Shown here: piece by piece, positions 8,934 through 17,890 of the stretch
How the letters are laid out: each line of letters begins with the position of its first letter
How positions within the stretch are numbered: the stretch's first letter is position 1
Source of the DNA: a virus
Taxonomy: Duplodnaviria > Caudoviricetes
Virus record (IMG/VR): IMGVR_UViG_3300022695_000058
Location: 1 to 28,289 of that record
Reading direction: 5' to 3' (one strand)
Length of the DNA stretch: 28,289 bases
The notes under the pieces: model-generated
Seen by the model: only the letters and a program-made list of their open reading frames with translations
Databases searched by the model: none
Told to the model about the DNA's origin: nothing
Translations under genes and position numbers: made by a program

Positions 8934-9445
8934 CATCTAATATAACACCAATTAAAGTAAAGACACTTCCAGAACTAAAAGAAATAATCGATTCAAGTGA
9001 TAATGATGCAGATTTAAATTATATAGATGTATCTTCTATTACTGATATGAATTTTTTATTCCAAAACTCTGCATTTAATGGCGATATATCCAATTGGCAA
9101 GTTCAGAATGTAACAACTATGGCATTTATGTTTGAAAACTCTGCATTTAATGGAGATATATCGAATTGGAATGTTGAGAAGGTAAAAGATATGCCTGGAA
9201 TGTTTGCAGAATCTGCATTTAATGGTGATATATCGAATTGGAAACTTCTGAAGATAAAAGAGGTAACTGCCATGTTCGAAGAATCGGTTTTTAATCGAGA
9301 TATATCGAAATGGAAATTGGGAGATGAAGTAGCTCAATATGATATGTTTGCAAATCATAAATTTTATTATGGAATTAACTCATACGATGAATATATCGAA
9401 ATGATTAAATCGTTTGGTTCATATAGAAAATGGCTTTTATTATGA
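8930..9445 (+). CDS. DUF285/BspA-type repeat protein 3 (ends FGSYRKWLLL)
   Basis: Same repeats; ATGA-coupled start at 8930. Confidence 0.88.
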   Translation: MTSNITPIKVKTLPELKEIIDSSDNDADLNYIDVSSITDMNFLFQNSAFNGDISNWQVQNVTTMAFMFENSAFNGDISNWNVEKVKDMPGMFAESAFNGDISNWKLLKIKEVTAMFEESVFNRDISKWKLGDEVAQYDMFANHKFYYGINSYDEYIEMIKSFGSYRKWLLL

Positions 9446-9804
9446 AAACTACTATTAAAGTAAAGACACTTTCAGAACTAAACGAAATAATTGAGTCAAG
9501 TGATAATGATGCAGATTTAAATTATATAGATGTATCTTCTATTACTAATATGAATTTTTTATTTAGACGTTCTGCATTTAATGGTGATATATCGAATTGG
9601 AAACTTCCAAAGATAAAAAATGTATCTTACATGTTTGAAAAAACTTCATTTAATCAAGATATATCCAAATGGAAACTAAGCAAATCGATAACCCAATCTG
9701 ATATGTTCAAAAATCATAAATTTTACTCGGGAATTAAAACATATGATGAATATATCGAAATAATCCAATCATTTGGTTCGCATAGAAAATGGCTAGACTT
9801 ATAA
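9442..9804 (+). CDS. DUF285/BspA-type repeat protein 4 (ends FGSHRKWLDL)
   Basis: Two repeats; N-terminus nearly identical to protein 3 at DNA level. Confidence 0.85.
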   Translation: MKTTIKVKTLSELNEIIESSDNDADLNYIDVSSITNMNFLFRRSAFNGDISNWKLPKIKNVSYMFEKTSFNQDISKWKLSKSITQSDMFKNHKFYSGIKTYDEYIEIIQSFGSHRKWLDL

Positions 9805-10568
9805 TGGATGTTCAGAAAAGTAATTATTCTTTATATAATGATGATTGTTTTACAATTATGGAACAATTGAAGAAACAACAGATTAATGTCGATGCAGTTA
9901 TTGTAGATCCACCTTATGGAACCACTAAGTGCAAATGGGATTCTGTTCTCAATTTTGAAGAAATGTGGAATGCATTATAACATATAACGACTGATGATAC
10001 GCCTATTGTGATTTTTGGATCTGAACCTTTTTCTTCTATGCTTAGATGTTCGAATATCAAAAACTACAAATACGATTTATATTGGAAAAAAGAAAAACCA
10101 ACTATTTTTTTCCAATTAAAAAATAGATTCGGAAAAAGCACTGAAACTATTTCTATTTTCTATAAAAAACAATGTGTATATAATCCACAAAAATATGCTG
10201 TTGAACATAGAGTTTCTAATTCACCGAAAGCTAAACATAATTCTATAGTAAATGGAACATCTAATAAACGTATTCTTCCATATAAAGACGATGGTACCAG
10301 ATATCCTAATGACATACTAGAAATAAATAGAGAAAAACTTGGAACAACTGTTCATCCTACACAAAAACCAATTGCTTTAATGGACATATTGATTAAATCG
10401 TTCACAAATGAAAACGATTTAGTATTAGATTTTACTATGGGTAGCGGCTCAACAGGCGTTTCTTGCATCAAGAATAAAAGAAAATTCATAGGAATTGAAC
10501 AATCAGAAGAATACTTCGAAATAGCAAAACAGAGAATTTCTGATATGACTCAACAAATGTTCTTCTGA
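9804..10568 (+). pseudogene. Beta-class N6-adenine/N4-cytosine DNA methyltransferase interrupted by in-frame TAA (9978-9980)
   Basis: DPPY in the first part, HPTQKP and DFTMGSGSTG in the second; both ORFs are in the same frame (..WNAL*HITTDDTPIVIFG..). Confidence 0.85.
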
Positions 10569-10569
10569 T

Positions 10570-10577
10570 TATAAATA
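10570..10577 (+). promoter_or_regulatory. T4-type late promoter candidate TATAAATA
   Basis: Exact consensus, intergenic; AT-rich background lowers certainty. Confidence 0.45.
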
Positions 10578-10587
10578 ATATATCTGA

Positions 10588-10875
10588 ATGATATATAACA
10601 CATTGATAAATAAAGGTAAAAATATGTTAAGTTTGATGATAATTGAGTACAGCAAGATAGGATTACAGCATTCCTGCGATGTTATTGGAGTATTTGATAA
10701 TAATGAATTATTTAAGACTATAGAAATCGAATTGAATAATGGTAAATCCGGTGAAGGATTTATGAAGTATTTTGAAGAACTAAGTAATGATACAGCAAAT
10801 GATGATCTTAAAGACATCCAAGAATTGAGTGTCATTAAAAAATATATTGAAAAATATGAACAACTTGATGAATAA
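10588..10875 (+). CDS. Hypothetical protein (start may be ATG 10624)
   Basis: ORF fills the gap; AAGG upstream of the second ATG. Confidence 0.55.
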   Translation: MIYNTLINKGKNMLSLMIIEYSKIGLQHSCDVIGVFDNNELFKTIEIELNNGKSGEGFMKYFEELSNDTANDDLKDIQELSVIKKYIEKYEQLDE

Positions 10876-10891
10876 TTATTGAAAAAAGCCG

Positions 10892-10905
10892 TATTTATAT
10901 AAATA
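10892..10905. promoter_or_regulatory. Palindrome TATTTATATAAATA containing TATAAATA on both strands
   Basis: Read directly, intergenic. Confidence 0.4.
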
Positions 10906-10942
10906 GCATAATATTAGTCAATTGGTTCAATTGGAGAAGATT

Positions 10943-11284
10943 ATGTTTAGGAAAATTAAATATGATGCATATATTGCATTTGTACTTATAATTTGTTTTC
11001 TATTAAGCATATTATTGGTATTTGTTTCCACTGAATCTATAGGTGCAGAATATAGCTTTCATCAAGATTCAGATAAAAATATGTGTTCTATATGTTATCC
11101 CACATTTCGTGATGATCTTTTTCAAAATACTCAAATAATTGAAATAGTGGACAAATCAGATTCAGATTTTGCCGTTCATATTGATGAATCACAGGAATAT
11201 CATAGGATTTTCAGAAAAACTATTTTAATAGGGTCAGATGGCAAAAAAGTCGATTATTATATTGAGATAAAATATAATTTTTAA
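10943..11284 (+). CDS. Membrane-anchored or exported hypothetical protein
   Basis: GGAG RBS before ATG 10943; N-terminal hydrophobic helix; CSIC motif. Confidence 0.6.
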   Translation: MFRKIKYDAYIAFVLIICFLLSILLVFVSTESIGAEYSFHQDSDKNMCSICYPTFRDDLFQNTQIIEIVDKSDSDFAVHIDESQEYHRIFRKTILIGSDGKKVDYYIEIKYNF

Positions 11285-11305
11285 TAAAAATAGAGTATGT
11301 TATGA

Positions 11306-11614
11306 TTGGAGAAAGAAATGACAGAAACGCAAGGTTTTACAGAAAAAGAATTCATCAAATATATAGAAACAAAAAGGAACTTTCAGCATAAGATTGAAAC
11401 AGAATGTGGTATTTTTGCTATTCCTATTTTGGATCTTTTAAATGATATGATTTGTTACACAGATGAACAATTTGATAAATTGTTCAATTTATCAGAAGAT
11501 GAAATCGGTTATATTTGGGAATTCATTTTAGAAGGTAAGTTAGTATTTGAAAATGAATACACTATTGACACTGCTGAAGAATTATACGAATTTATACAGA
11601 AAGATGATGTATAA
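11306..11614 (+). CDS. Hypothetical protein, paralog of 7383-7664
   Basis: Manual alignment; likely ATG 11318 after GGAG. Confidence 0.7.
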   Translation: MEKEMTETQGFTEKEFIKYIETKRNFQHKIETECGIFAIPILDLLNDMICYTDEQFDKLFNLSEDEIGYIWEFILEGKLVFENEYTIDTAEELYEFIQKDDV

Positions 11615-12195
11615 TGTTTTCTTTTGGTCAATATAAGTTATCGGAATTTGATGAAATAACTAAATTTAGATTAGTAAATGTATTTCTTTTTTTAGTAGGA
11701 TTCAATATGTTTATACCTGTATTGCTTCAATTAAAAGGCATATATATGTTAACATGGGTTATTGCTGTATTTCTTATATTAGAACAACTTGCATTGAAAA
11801 CGAATAAATATATAACTGAACGTTATTCACTAAGTAACTTATATCAATTGGGCATTTATTTGCATATTGCGTTCATTTGTATAGCGTGTTCATATTATAT
11901 TAATCCTGCATTTATGGTATATGGTGATACTATTTTCGGAATACTGGAAATGGCTATATTTAGTGCATATACTATAAAACTTACTAATCATATAGCCGAA
12001 AACTATCCTGAACAGATGAATAACTTTCAAATTAAACGCAACAGTATCGGTGCAGATGCTACTATTCTCGGATTGGCGTTAGCTGCGAGTATTTCTTATT
12101 TCTTCTCAGATGCTTATACAATAGGAACTTTCATTCTATGGAATTCTGTATATACTTTATGGATGATTAAGAATTGGTCATTTTATAAAAAATAG
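11614..12195 (+). CDS. Polytopic membrane protein (about 6 TM, half-MFS-like)
   Basis: About six hydrophobic segments. Confidence 0.65.
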   Translation: MFSFGQYKLSEFDEITKFRLVNVFLFLVGFNMFIPVLLQLKGIYMLTWVIAVFLILEQLALKTNKYITERYSLSNLYQLGIYLHIAFICIACSYYINPAFMVYGDTIFGILEMAIFSAYTIKLTNHIAENYPEQMNNFQIKRNSIGADATILGLALAASISYFFSDAYTIGTFILWNSVYTLWMIKNWSFYKK

Positions 12196-12224
12196 TTGAC
12201 AGAATAAAAAATAAACGTTATAAT
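12195..12224 (+). promoter_or_regulatory. Early promoter GTTGACA-N17-TATAAT
   Basis: TTGACA 12196-12201, TATAAT 12219-12224; near copy of the 13918 promoter. Confidence 0.85.
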
Positions 12225-12258
12225 TAACTTATCTGATATTAAATCACAGGAGTTTAAG

Positions 12259-12540
12259 ATGACAAAACTATTTTCTATCGAAGAACTAACTAAAGATAAA
12301 ATAACTAGAGCATATGCAGGTAAATCTGGTTGTATGTGTGGATGTTTAGGTAATTATAAAGTTAATTCTAAAGAACTTATCGAACATGATGAATCTGAAT
12401 TCTCACCTAGAGCAGTAACTATGCGATATAATAAGGTTATGAATTCGGATAAAAAAGAAATCCATTATAATGTAGATAAAAGCATTTTATGCATTTATGT
12501 TGATGATGATATTCGCAATACTGTAATTTATTTTCAATAA
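12259..12540 (+). CDS. Hypothetical early protein with YxGKxGCMCGC motif
   Basis: AGGAG RBS; own promoter. Confidence 0.75.
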   Translation: MTKLFSIEELTKDKITRAYAGKSGCMCGCLGNYKVNSKELIEHDESEFSPRAVTMRYNKVMNSDKKEIHYNVDKSILCIYVDDDIRNTVIYFQ

Positions 12541-12542
12541 TT

Positions 12543-12586
12543 GTTGACATGTGGTATACTTGATGTATAATTTCAGGTATACCACA
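12543..12586 (+). promoter_or_regulatory. Early promoter GTTGACA-N16-TATAAT with a 14-bp inverted repeat enclosing the -10 box
   Basis: TTGACA 12544-12549, TATAAT 12566-12571; arms TGTGGTATACTTGA and TCAGGTATACCACA. Confidence 0.8.
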
Positions 12587-12608
12587 ATACTATTTCAGGA
12601 GAACTAAT

Positions 12609-12812
12609 ATGTGTACAGCGGCAATAATTTCTACCAATATTCAAAACCATTCATTAACATTAACTAGAGAAATGCTCAACGAATTGAGTGAAAATACTGG
12701 AACCTCTGATAAAGGAGAACTTTTTCAATTTCGTGATGGTTCACAATTTCTTGTTTCTGATTTTCAACAATCAGAATATTGGTATTCTCCTTCCGGTTAT
12801 TGGGATTTTTAA
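12609..12812 (+). CDS. Hypothetical early protein
   Basis: AGGAG RBS; own promoter. Confidence 0.7.
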   Translation: MCTAAIISTNIQNHSLTLTREMLNELSENTGTSDKGELFQFRDGSQFLVSDFQQSEYWYSPSGYWDF

Positions 12813-12999
12813 CAAATCTGGAGACTAACAATTATAAGAATCTGATGAACGGTGTTTCCAACCATATCGAATTAGATGCATTCATCGACTATTATCAAAG
12901 TTGATTTGTAACTGCTATTTTGGATGACAAATTGAATACGCATTTATGCAAACCGTGCTTTGCTGTAACAATAATATACCTGTATTAAGAGATCATCAA

Positions 13000-13167
13000 A
13001 TGAAGAAAAGTAAATATGAAAAAGCAAATAAATCTGTGGAACATATCGGGTCAATAGATTATAATGATCTAAAAGTCAGAAAGCGATTTGCACCTTCGGT
13101 TAAAGTGCAAAAATCGAACAAATTATATAAAAGAAAACCAAAACATTCTATTTTTCGAGATAATTAG
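13000..13167 (+). CDS. Small basic protein with weak ArfA-like YKRKPKH motif
   Basis: K/R-rich; ATG 13000 preferred. Confidence 0.55.
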   Translation: MKKSKYEKANKSVEHIGSIDYNDLKVRKRFAPSVKVQKSNKLYKRKPKHSIFRDN

Positions 13168-13206
13168 TAACACGATATAAATATCTTAAACACATAGGAG
13201 TTTAAG

Positions 13207-13563
13207 ATGACATTATTACCATCATATCCTACAAATTTGAAGAAGTTAAGACTTTTTTTGAAATGGATGAGAACAAATGGAAAACAGAAATACTATTTAC
13301 GCCGGAAAACTAATGGTAAACCAGCTATTTTTAATCATTTAGATAGTTCATTAAGTGATTATTATAAAAGATATGATGAAGAAAAGCAAATGCCATGGAT
13401 TATTGATGATTTGAAATTGGCTAATCAGGCTATGCGACCTGATGATATTAGGGATATAACTAATCGTAATTTACCATTTCGTCCAACGTATTCTAAACCT
13501 CAGAAAGATATTAGAATGGATGTAAGCGAATACGAAATCAAGAAAATAACATTTAGACGATAA
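13207..13563 (+). CDS. Hypothetical protein (KYxLRxxxxGxxA...PWI family, copy 1)
   Basis: AGGAG RBS; TATAAATA at 13176-13183. Confidence 0.7.
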   Translation: MTLLPSYPTNLKKLRLFLKWMRTNGKQKYYLRRKTNGKPAIFNHLDSSLSDYYKRYDEEKQMPWIIDDLKLANQAMRPDDIRDITNRNLPFRPTYSKPQKDIRMDVSEYEIKKITFRR

Positions 13564-13575
13564 GTAGATATATTT

Positions 13576-13904
13576 ATGCCATATTTAGTTGATATAATCA
13601 AATCAGATTTTAGGAAGTTCTTTAATGAACTTAAAAACAATTAGAAACAAAAATACTTCTTAAGAAATAAAAAAACAGGAAACCAGCATTATATGACCCT
13701 GTGCGCCAAATGTTAGTAGTATATAGAAAATCGACTGAGTTTGTTCCTTGGATAACCGATAAAAAAGAGGTAGCAGAAAAGTTAGTTAGACCTTGGTTAG
13801 AACAAGGAGAAAAATCTTATGAAAACCCGAAGGGTATAGAATTTTATAAAGATGAATTTTTCTATGGCACAGATTATGAAGTAGGAAAAGTTCGTAAACG
13901 TTAA
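13576..13904 (+). pseudogene. KYxLR...PWI family copy 2, with in-frame TAG (13642-13644) and a -1 frameshift at ~13681
   Basis: Reconstructs to ..KQKYFLRNKKTGKPALYDPVRQ..VPWITD.., homologous to copy 1. Confidence 0.6.
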
Positions 13905-13917
13905 ATTAAAACTTTTG

Positions 13918-13946
13918 GTTGACAGAATAAATTTGAACGTTATAAT
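13918..13946 (+). promoter_or_regulatory. Early promoter GTTGACA-N16-TATAAT followed by a stem-loop (13950-13979)
   Basis: TTGACA 13919-13924, TATAAT 13941-13946. Confidence 0.85.
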
Positions 13947-13989
13947 TAACTTATATGGCACAACATTGCCAAATATAAGGAGAACAATT

Positions 13990-14247
13990 ATGACTATCAA
14001 ATATGGTTTAAGAAATAGCATTACTGGTGAATTGGCATCATACGATACCCGATTTGATGTATTGGTTGGTATTCCAACTGAATATTATCATCAACCATGG
14101 ATTGTAACAGAAAAGAAATATGCTGATGCTATTGTAGTTCGCAAACGCCGTATTGCATTTGTATGCAAAAATACACCATTATGTGATGTAGAATTTGAAC
14201 AACTGTTGTTCGAAGTATGTGAAATCAATCAACCAACCAATGCGTAA
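13990..14247 (+). CDS. KYxLR...PWI family copy 3
   Basis: AAGGAG RBS before ATG 13990; KYGLRNSITGELA...QPWIVT. Confidence 0.7.
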   Translation: MTIKYGLRNSITGELASYDTRFDVLVGIPTEYYHQPWIVTEKKYADAIVVRKRRIAFVCKNTPLCDVEFEQLLFEVCEINQPTNA

Positions 14248-14674
14248 TATTATTTTTGCATTGGTTGGTTTGGTTGCATTGGTTGGTTTATCCGGATGTA
14301 ACGATCGTCGACTACAATTATCTAATTCATCTATAGAAGATGCTACAGAAAAATGCAGGAATAATGAAGGTATATATTCCATCTATGGATTTTCTGAATT
14401 AGCCAGAATACCAACTAGATTCACACCACAAGAAAAATTAGAACATATCGCTATCGTTTGTACTAATAAAGTTACTTTTCATAATAATTCTGATGAGAAT
14501 TTATCAAAATTTCTAATTATCAACAATTCATCTATAGAAGATGCTACAGAAATATGCAGGAATAATGAAGGATTAGACTTTATTATTAAAAACAAAGATA
14601 TAGCAGAATTTTTTAATGTCATTGCAGTTTGCAAGAATTCCGGTCGATTTGATATAAAAAGAGGTAAGAATTAA
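14240..14674 (+). CDS. Putative lipoprotein with two internal Cys-containing repeats
   Basis: MRNIIFALVGLVALVG-LSGC lipobox; 47-bp repeat at 14324-14370 and 14525-14571. Confidence 0.72.
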   Translation: MRNIIFALVGLVALVGLSGCNDRRLQLSNSSIEDATEKCRNNEGIYSIYGFSELARIPTRFTPQEKLEHIAIVCTNKVTFHNNSDENLSKFLIINNSSIEDATEICRNNEGLDFIIKNKDIAEFFNVIAVCKNSGRFDIKRGKN

Positions 14675-14886
14675 TGGAAAAGTATGCATCTGACTCATAT
14701 ATTGATTATAGTAGTATTATAAAACAAGCACATATAGCATCGTCTAATTCAGTACATGGTGCTTATCGTTCGACATATAAAACAAAACAGGAATTCATTG
14801 CTGATTTCTTTGGTGATGCTAATGAAGAACAATTTGAACATATCAGGCAAATGGCACAATCGCAATATCCTGAATTGTTTGTTTAA
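14674..14886 (+). CDS. ExxV-tag family protein (QYPELFV)
   Basis: C-terminal motif; GAGG RBS. Confidence 0.75.
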   Translation: MEKYASDSYIDYSSIIKQAHIASSNSVHGAYRSTYKTKQEFIADFFGDANEEQFEHIRQMAQSQYPELFV

Positions 14887-14889
14887 TCG

Positions 14890-15138
14890 ATGACTGATAC
14901 TACAGATAAATTGGGAAGACCTATCTTAATAGGTGATATGATAGTATTTCCAGATAACTTTTTCACATCTTTAAATGCTGGTGTAGTTATCGAAAAAGAT
15001 ACAGTTAAATTAAGTATAATAAGAAGTTCATCTCATGATGATTGCGATACGATTACGTCGTTTGATCCTGCTCAATGTATGGTAATATCGGAACAAATGA
15101 CATTCAATTATAACAATTATCCGGAACTTTATGTATAA
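14890..15138 (+). CDS. ExxV-tag family protein, SH3/KOW-like N-terminus (NYPELYV)
   Basis: DKLGRPILIGDMIV; related to 16397-16627 and 19004-19285. Confidence 0.75.
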   Translation: MTDTTDKLGRPILIGDMIVFPDNFFTSLNAGVVIEKDTVKLSIIRSSSHDDCDTITSFDPAQCMVISEQMTFNYNNYPELYV

Positions 15139-15156
15139 TGAAAGAAGGAGATTCAC

Positions 15157-16128
15157 ATGAGCGCAGAGTTGGTAGTTTTTACACATAATGATCTTGATGC
15201 ATTAGGTTCGATGCTCAACATCGAATATCGAACAAAAGATATTCAAAAAGAGTATTATTATACTAATTATTCGAATATACCAGAAATTGTTAATTCGATT
15301 ATTGTTGCTATTAAACAAGAAACAGCTCCCATTGTTAAACATATGATTATTGTAGATGTATCATTTGCTGATAATAAGGAACAACTAATAAAATTATATA
15401 CCGAATGTGTAAAACAAAATGTAAAAATTACATATATCGACCATCATTTATATCCAACTGATTTCTTTGATTCATTTCCTTGTATGAATATCACACATGA
15501 TAAATCTAAATCTGCCACTTTGCTTACACATGAATTCCTGAAAAATCAAGAACATGTAAATTTAGCAAAACTTACTAGACTAATCGATGTATATGATATT
15601 TGGCAAATGAATGAACCGGAATTTAATTTTACACAAGATCTCAATGCTTATTTTTGGTCAAAAACAAAAACAGAAAATTTATCTATTGAAGATTTAATGA
15701 ATTTAATTATTGATTCAAATTGGAAATTACCACCAGATTTTACTACACTTACTGTGCAACTAAAAAATCAACAAACTAGAGAAATCAATGACTATAAAAT
15801 GAGAAACCTTATCAAAAAGTCTGGTGAAATTACATTATGTTTCATACCAGATAACTTTAATCCTGTTATGATTGAAGAAATGAATAAAGGTCAAAATTTC
15901 GTTATTGGCATAAATCAATATGGAATCGTTAGATTCCGAATCAACCAAAAAGCACCTTATACAGATGAACAGAAAAATAAAATTAGAAAAGAACTAACCG
16001 GAACTGAAACTACTGGTCACATGGATGCCTTCACATACAAATATTCTGGTGAACTCACTTTCGATAATTCTATTAAAGAAGCACAAACAATCGTTCAAAC
16101 AATCGTTCAAACAATCCAGGAGAACTGA
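15157..16128 (+). CDS. DHH family phosphoesterase (NrnB-like)
   Basis: THNDLDA, IVDVS, YIDHH, YDIW, GHMDAF motifs. Confidence 0.85.
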   Translation: MSAELVVFTHNDLDALGSMLNIEYRTKDIQKEYYYTNYSNIPEIVNSIIVAIKQETAPIVKHMIIVDVSFADNKEQLIKLYTECVKQNVKITYIDHHLYPTDFFDSFPCMNITHDKSKSATLLTHEFLKNQEHVNLAKLTRLIDVYDIWQMNEPEFNFTQDLNAYFWSKTKTENLSIEDLMNLIIDSNWKLPPDFTTLTVQLKNQQTREINDYKMRNLIKKSGEITLCFIPDNFNPVMIEEMNKGQNFVIGINQYGIVRFRINQKAPYTDEQKNKIRKELTGTETTGHMDAFTYKYSGELTFDNSIKEAQTIVQTIVQTIQEN

Positions 16129-16129
16129 A

Positions 16130-16627
16130 ATGACAACTGTTCTGAAAACCAAATATGGTAATACTCCACGAGATCAATTCATTCGAAACATTAATGAGTA
16201 TAGTATTTTCTTTAGTTATAATGCACCAATCGTGGCTAAAAAAGATGATAAAATTCTATTAGATAGCAGCAAATGGAACTTTTCTAATACCACAGGTTTC
16301 TATAGAAATCAATTTCTTGACGAATCAATCGTTGAAACAAAGAAAAAAATAAAATCTGGACTATATGTGCTAACAGATTTATATAGGATGTTAAATATGG
16401 AAAAAGTAGATCCCAGAGATTCATTGCATCAAATTTTAGAAGCTAATGACATTGTAGCATTTTATCACGATGGATGTATGCATCATGCTAAAATAATTAG
16501 ACTAACTCCAAAAGGTGCTACTATGCAATATGGTAAATCAACTGTTAATAAACCATATCGCAAATTGATTAAAATCACAGAACAAGTTATTCATGCGAAA
16601 GAAACATTTCCAGAATACTTCATTTGA
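16130..16627 (+). CDS. Two-domain hypothetical protein; C-terminal half is an SH3-like ExxV-tag member (TFPEYFI)
   Basis: AGGAG RBS before ATG 16130; internal AGGA/ATG at ~16397. Confidence 0.7.
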   Translation: MTTVLKTKYGNTPRDQFIRNINEYSIFFSYNAPIVAKKDDKILLDSSKWNFSNTTGFYRNQFLDESIVETKKKIKSGLYVLTDLYRMLNMEKVDPRDSLHQILEANDIVAFYHDGCMHHAKIIRLTPKGATMQYGKSTVNKPYRKLIKITEQVIHAKETFPEYFI

Positions 16628-16854
16628 GCTATAACGTGAAAAATACACTTGCTGCGTATGCAATCACTAATGCAATCACTAATGCAACCAATGACACATC
16701 AGCAATAAACGGAAATGAATTTAGTAAATTGATTAAAGTTCAAAATGGTAAAATACAAATTGGATCCATTATTCTTACAGAATCTCAATATGAAACTTGT
16801 ATGAAAACATTGGTCGAACTATCAAAAGAAAAATATCCAGAACAATTCGTATAG
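16624..16854 (+). CDS. ExxV-tag family protein (KYPEQFV)
   Basis: C-terminal motif; TTGA overlap; 12-bp AITN repeats. Confidence 0.7.
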   Translation: MSYNVKNTLAAYAITNAITNATNDTSAINGNEFSKLIKVQNGKIQIGSIILTESQYETCMKTLVELSKEKYPEQFV

Positions 16855-16985
16855 GATAATACTATGACGTTAATACTATTAATAGCACATTCACTTTCTA
16901 AAAACGAGAATTTTCAACCACAATATTTGTATCTAGGGACATTTCTTATAGATTTAAAAATCATTGATGTTGCGTGTGGCATATC

Positions 16986-17567
16986 ATGAAAGCACGAATC
17001 AATAAACAACTAACTTATACGTGGAATTATGCGTATTCTTCAGATTCTTCTGACTTACAATGGAAACTTCAAACAATAATCGATTATACTTGGAACAAAT
17101 TCGTTTCTTGGAATCCACTTTGGAAAGATAAAATTGTACTTGACCCAGAAGATTCTTGGAGTGCAGATTTAACCATTGCAAAAATAGCAGTTCCTGTTCT
17201 TAAACAACTTAAAAAAACAAAACATGGTTATGGACTAATTGATGATTCGGATGTACCTGATTATCTAAAATCCCATAATGATGAACATTGCGAAAAGAAA
17301 TACGAATGGGTTCTTGATGAAATCATTTGGTCATTGACAGAACGGGCAAATAATGAAGAAAATGCTCCAGACCTACCAGATTCATTTCCATTATTTGATG
17401 AATGTCCAGATGGTTCTTCGGGTGGTTTTTCATGGAAAAGACGGGAATATTCTAAAGAAGAACAACAAATATATGATGAATTTATAGAAAAAACAACAGA
17501 ATATGAAAATAGAATTCAAAATGGTTGTCGATTATTTGGGACATATTTTCAAACATTATGGGATTAA
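16986..17567 (+). CDS. Phage hypothetical protein
   Basis: DSWSADLTIA..PVLKQLKKTKHG..DDSDVP..WVLDEIIW..LFG.YF..LWD pattern, recalled from T4-like hypothetical proteins. Confidence 0.75.
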   Translation: MKARINKQLTYTWNYAYSSDSSDLQWKLQTIIDYTWNKFVSWNPLWKDKIVLDPEDSWSADLTIAKIAVPVLKQLKKTKHGYGLIDDSDVPDYLKSHNDEHCEKKYEWVLDEIIWSLTERANNEENAPDLPDSFPLFDECPDGSSGGFSWKRREYSKEEQQIYDEFIEKTTEYENRIQNGCRLFGTYFQTLWD

Positions 17568-17629
17568 TCTGAACCAAATGTGATAGTATTAAATTCGATA
17601 AAGAATCAAATATAACTGGAGAATATACA

Positions 17630-17878
17630 ATGAGTGGAATTAAACATTATTTAAATCAAACTGGACATGAAGAAGTTACATGGGATTTCTTTGCTAGACG
17701 ATCTGTATGGGATAATATCGAATATACTGATATCGTGGAAATGCTAAAACAACGATTTAATTTGGTCGAATTAGAAGATTACACCATCGAATTTTTCGAT
17801 GTTATCGAATTTTATGAATCACCGAATCAAGAAATTGTTAAACTGATGAAACTACTGGGATTTAAACCAACTGTTTAA
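17630..17878 (+). CDS. Hypothetical protein
   Basis: GGAG RBS. Confidence 0.7.
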   Translation: MSGIKHYLNQTGHEEVTWDFFARRSVWDNIEYTDIVEMLKQRFNLVELEDYTIEFFDVIEFYESPNQEIVKLMKLLGFKPTV

Positions 17879-17890
17879 AACATTCGAAGG

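Noticed and set aside
9978-13644. Stop-codon reassignment (in-frame TAA and TAG)
   Set aside because: TAA, TAG and TGA all end genes normally, including right after the conserved tag; long core genes have no internal stops
16864-16989. ~41-codon ORF MTLILLIAHS...
   Set aside because: Has an AGGA upstream and an ATGA overlap, but it is too short and featureless to support a call
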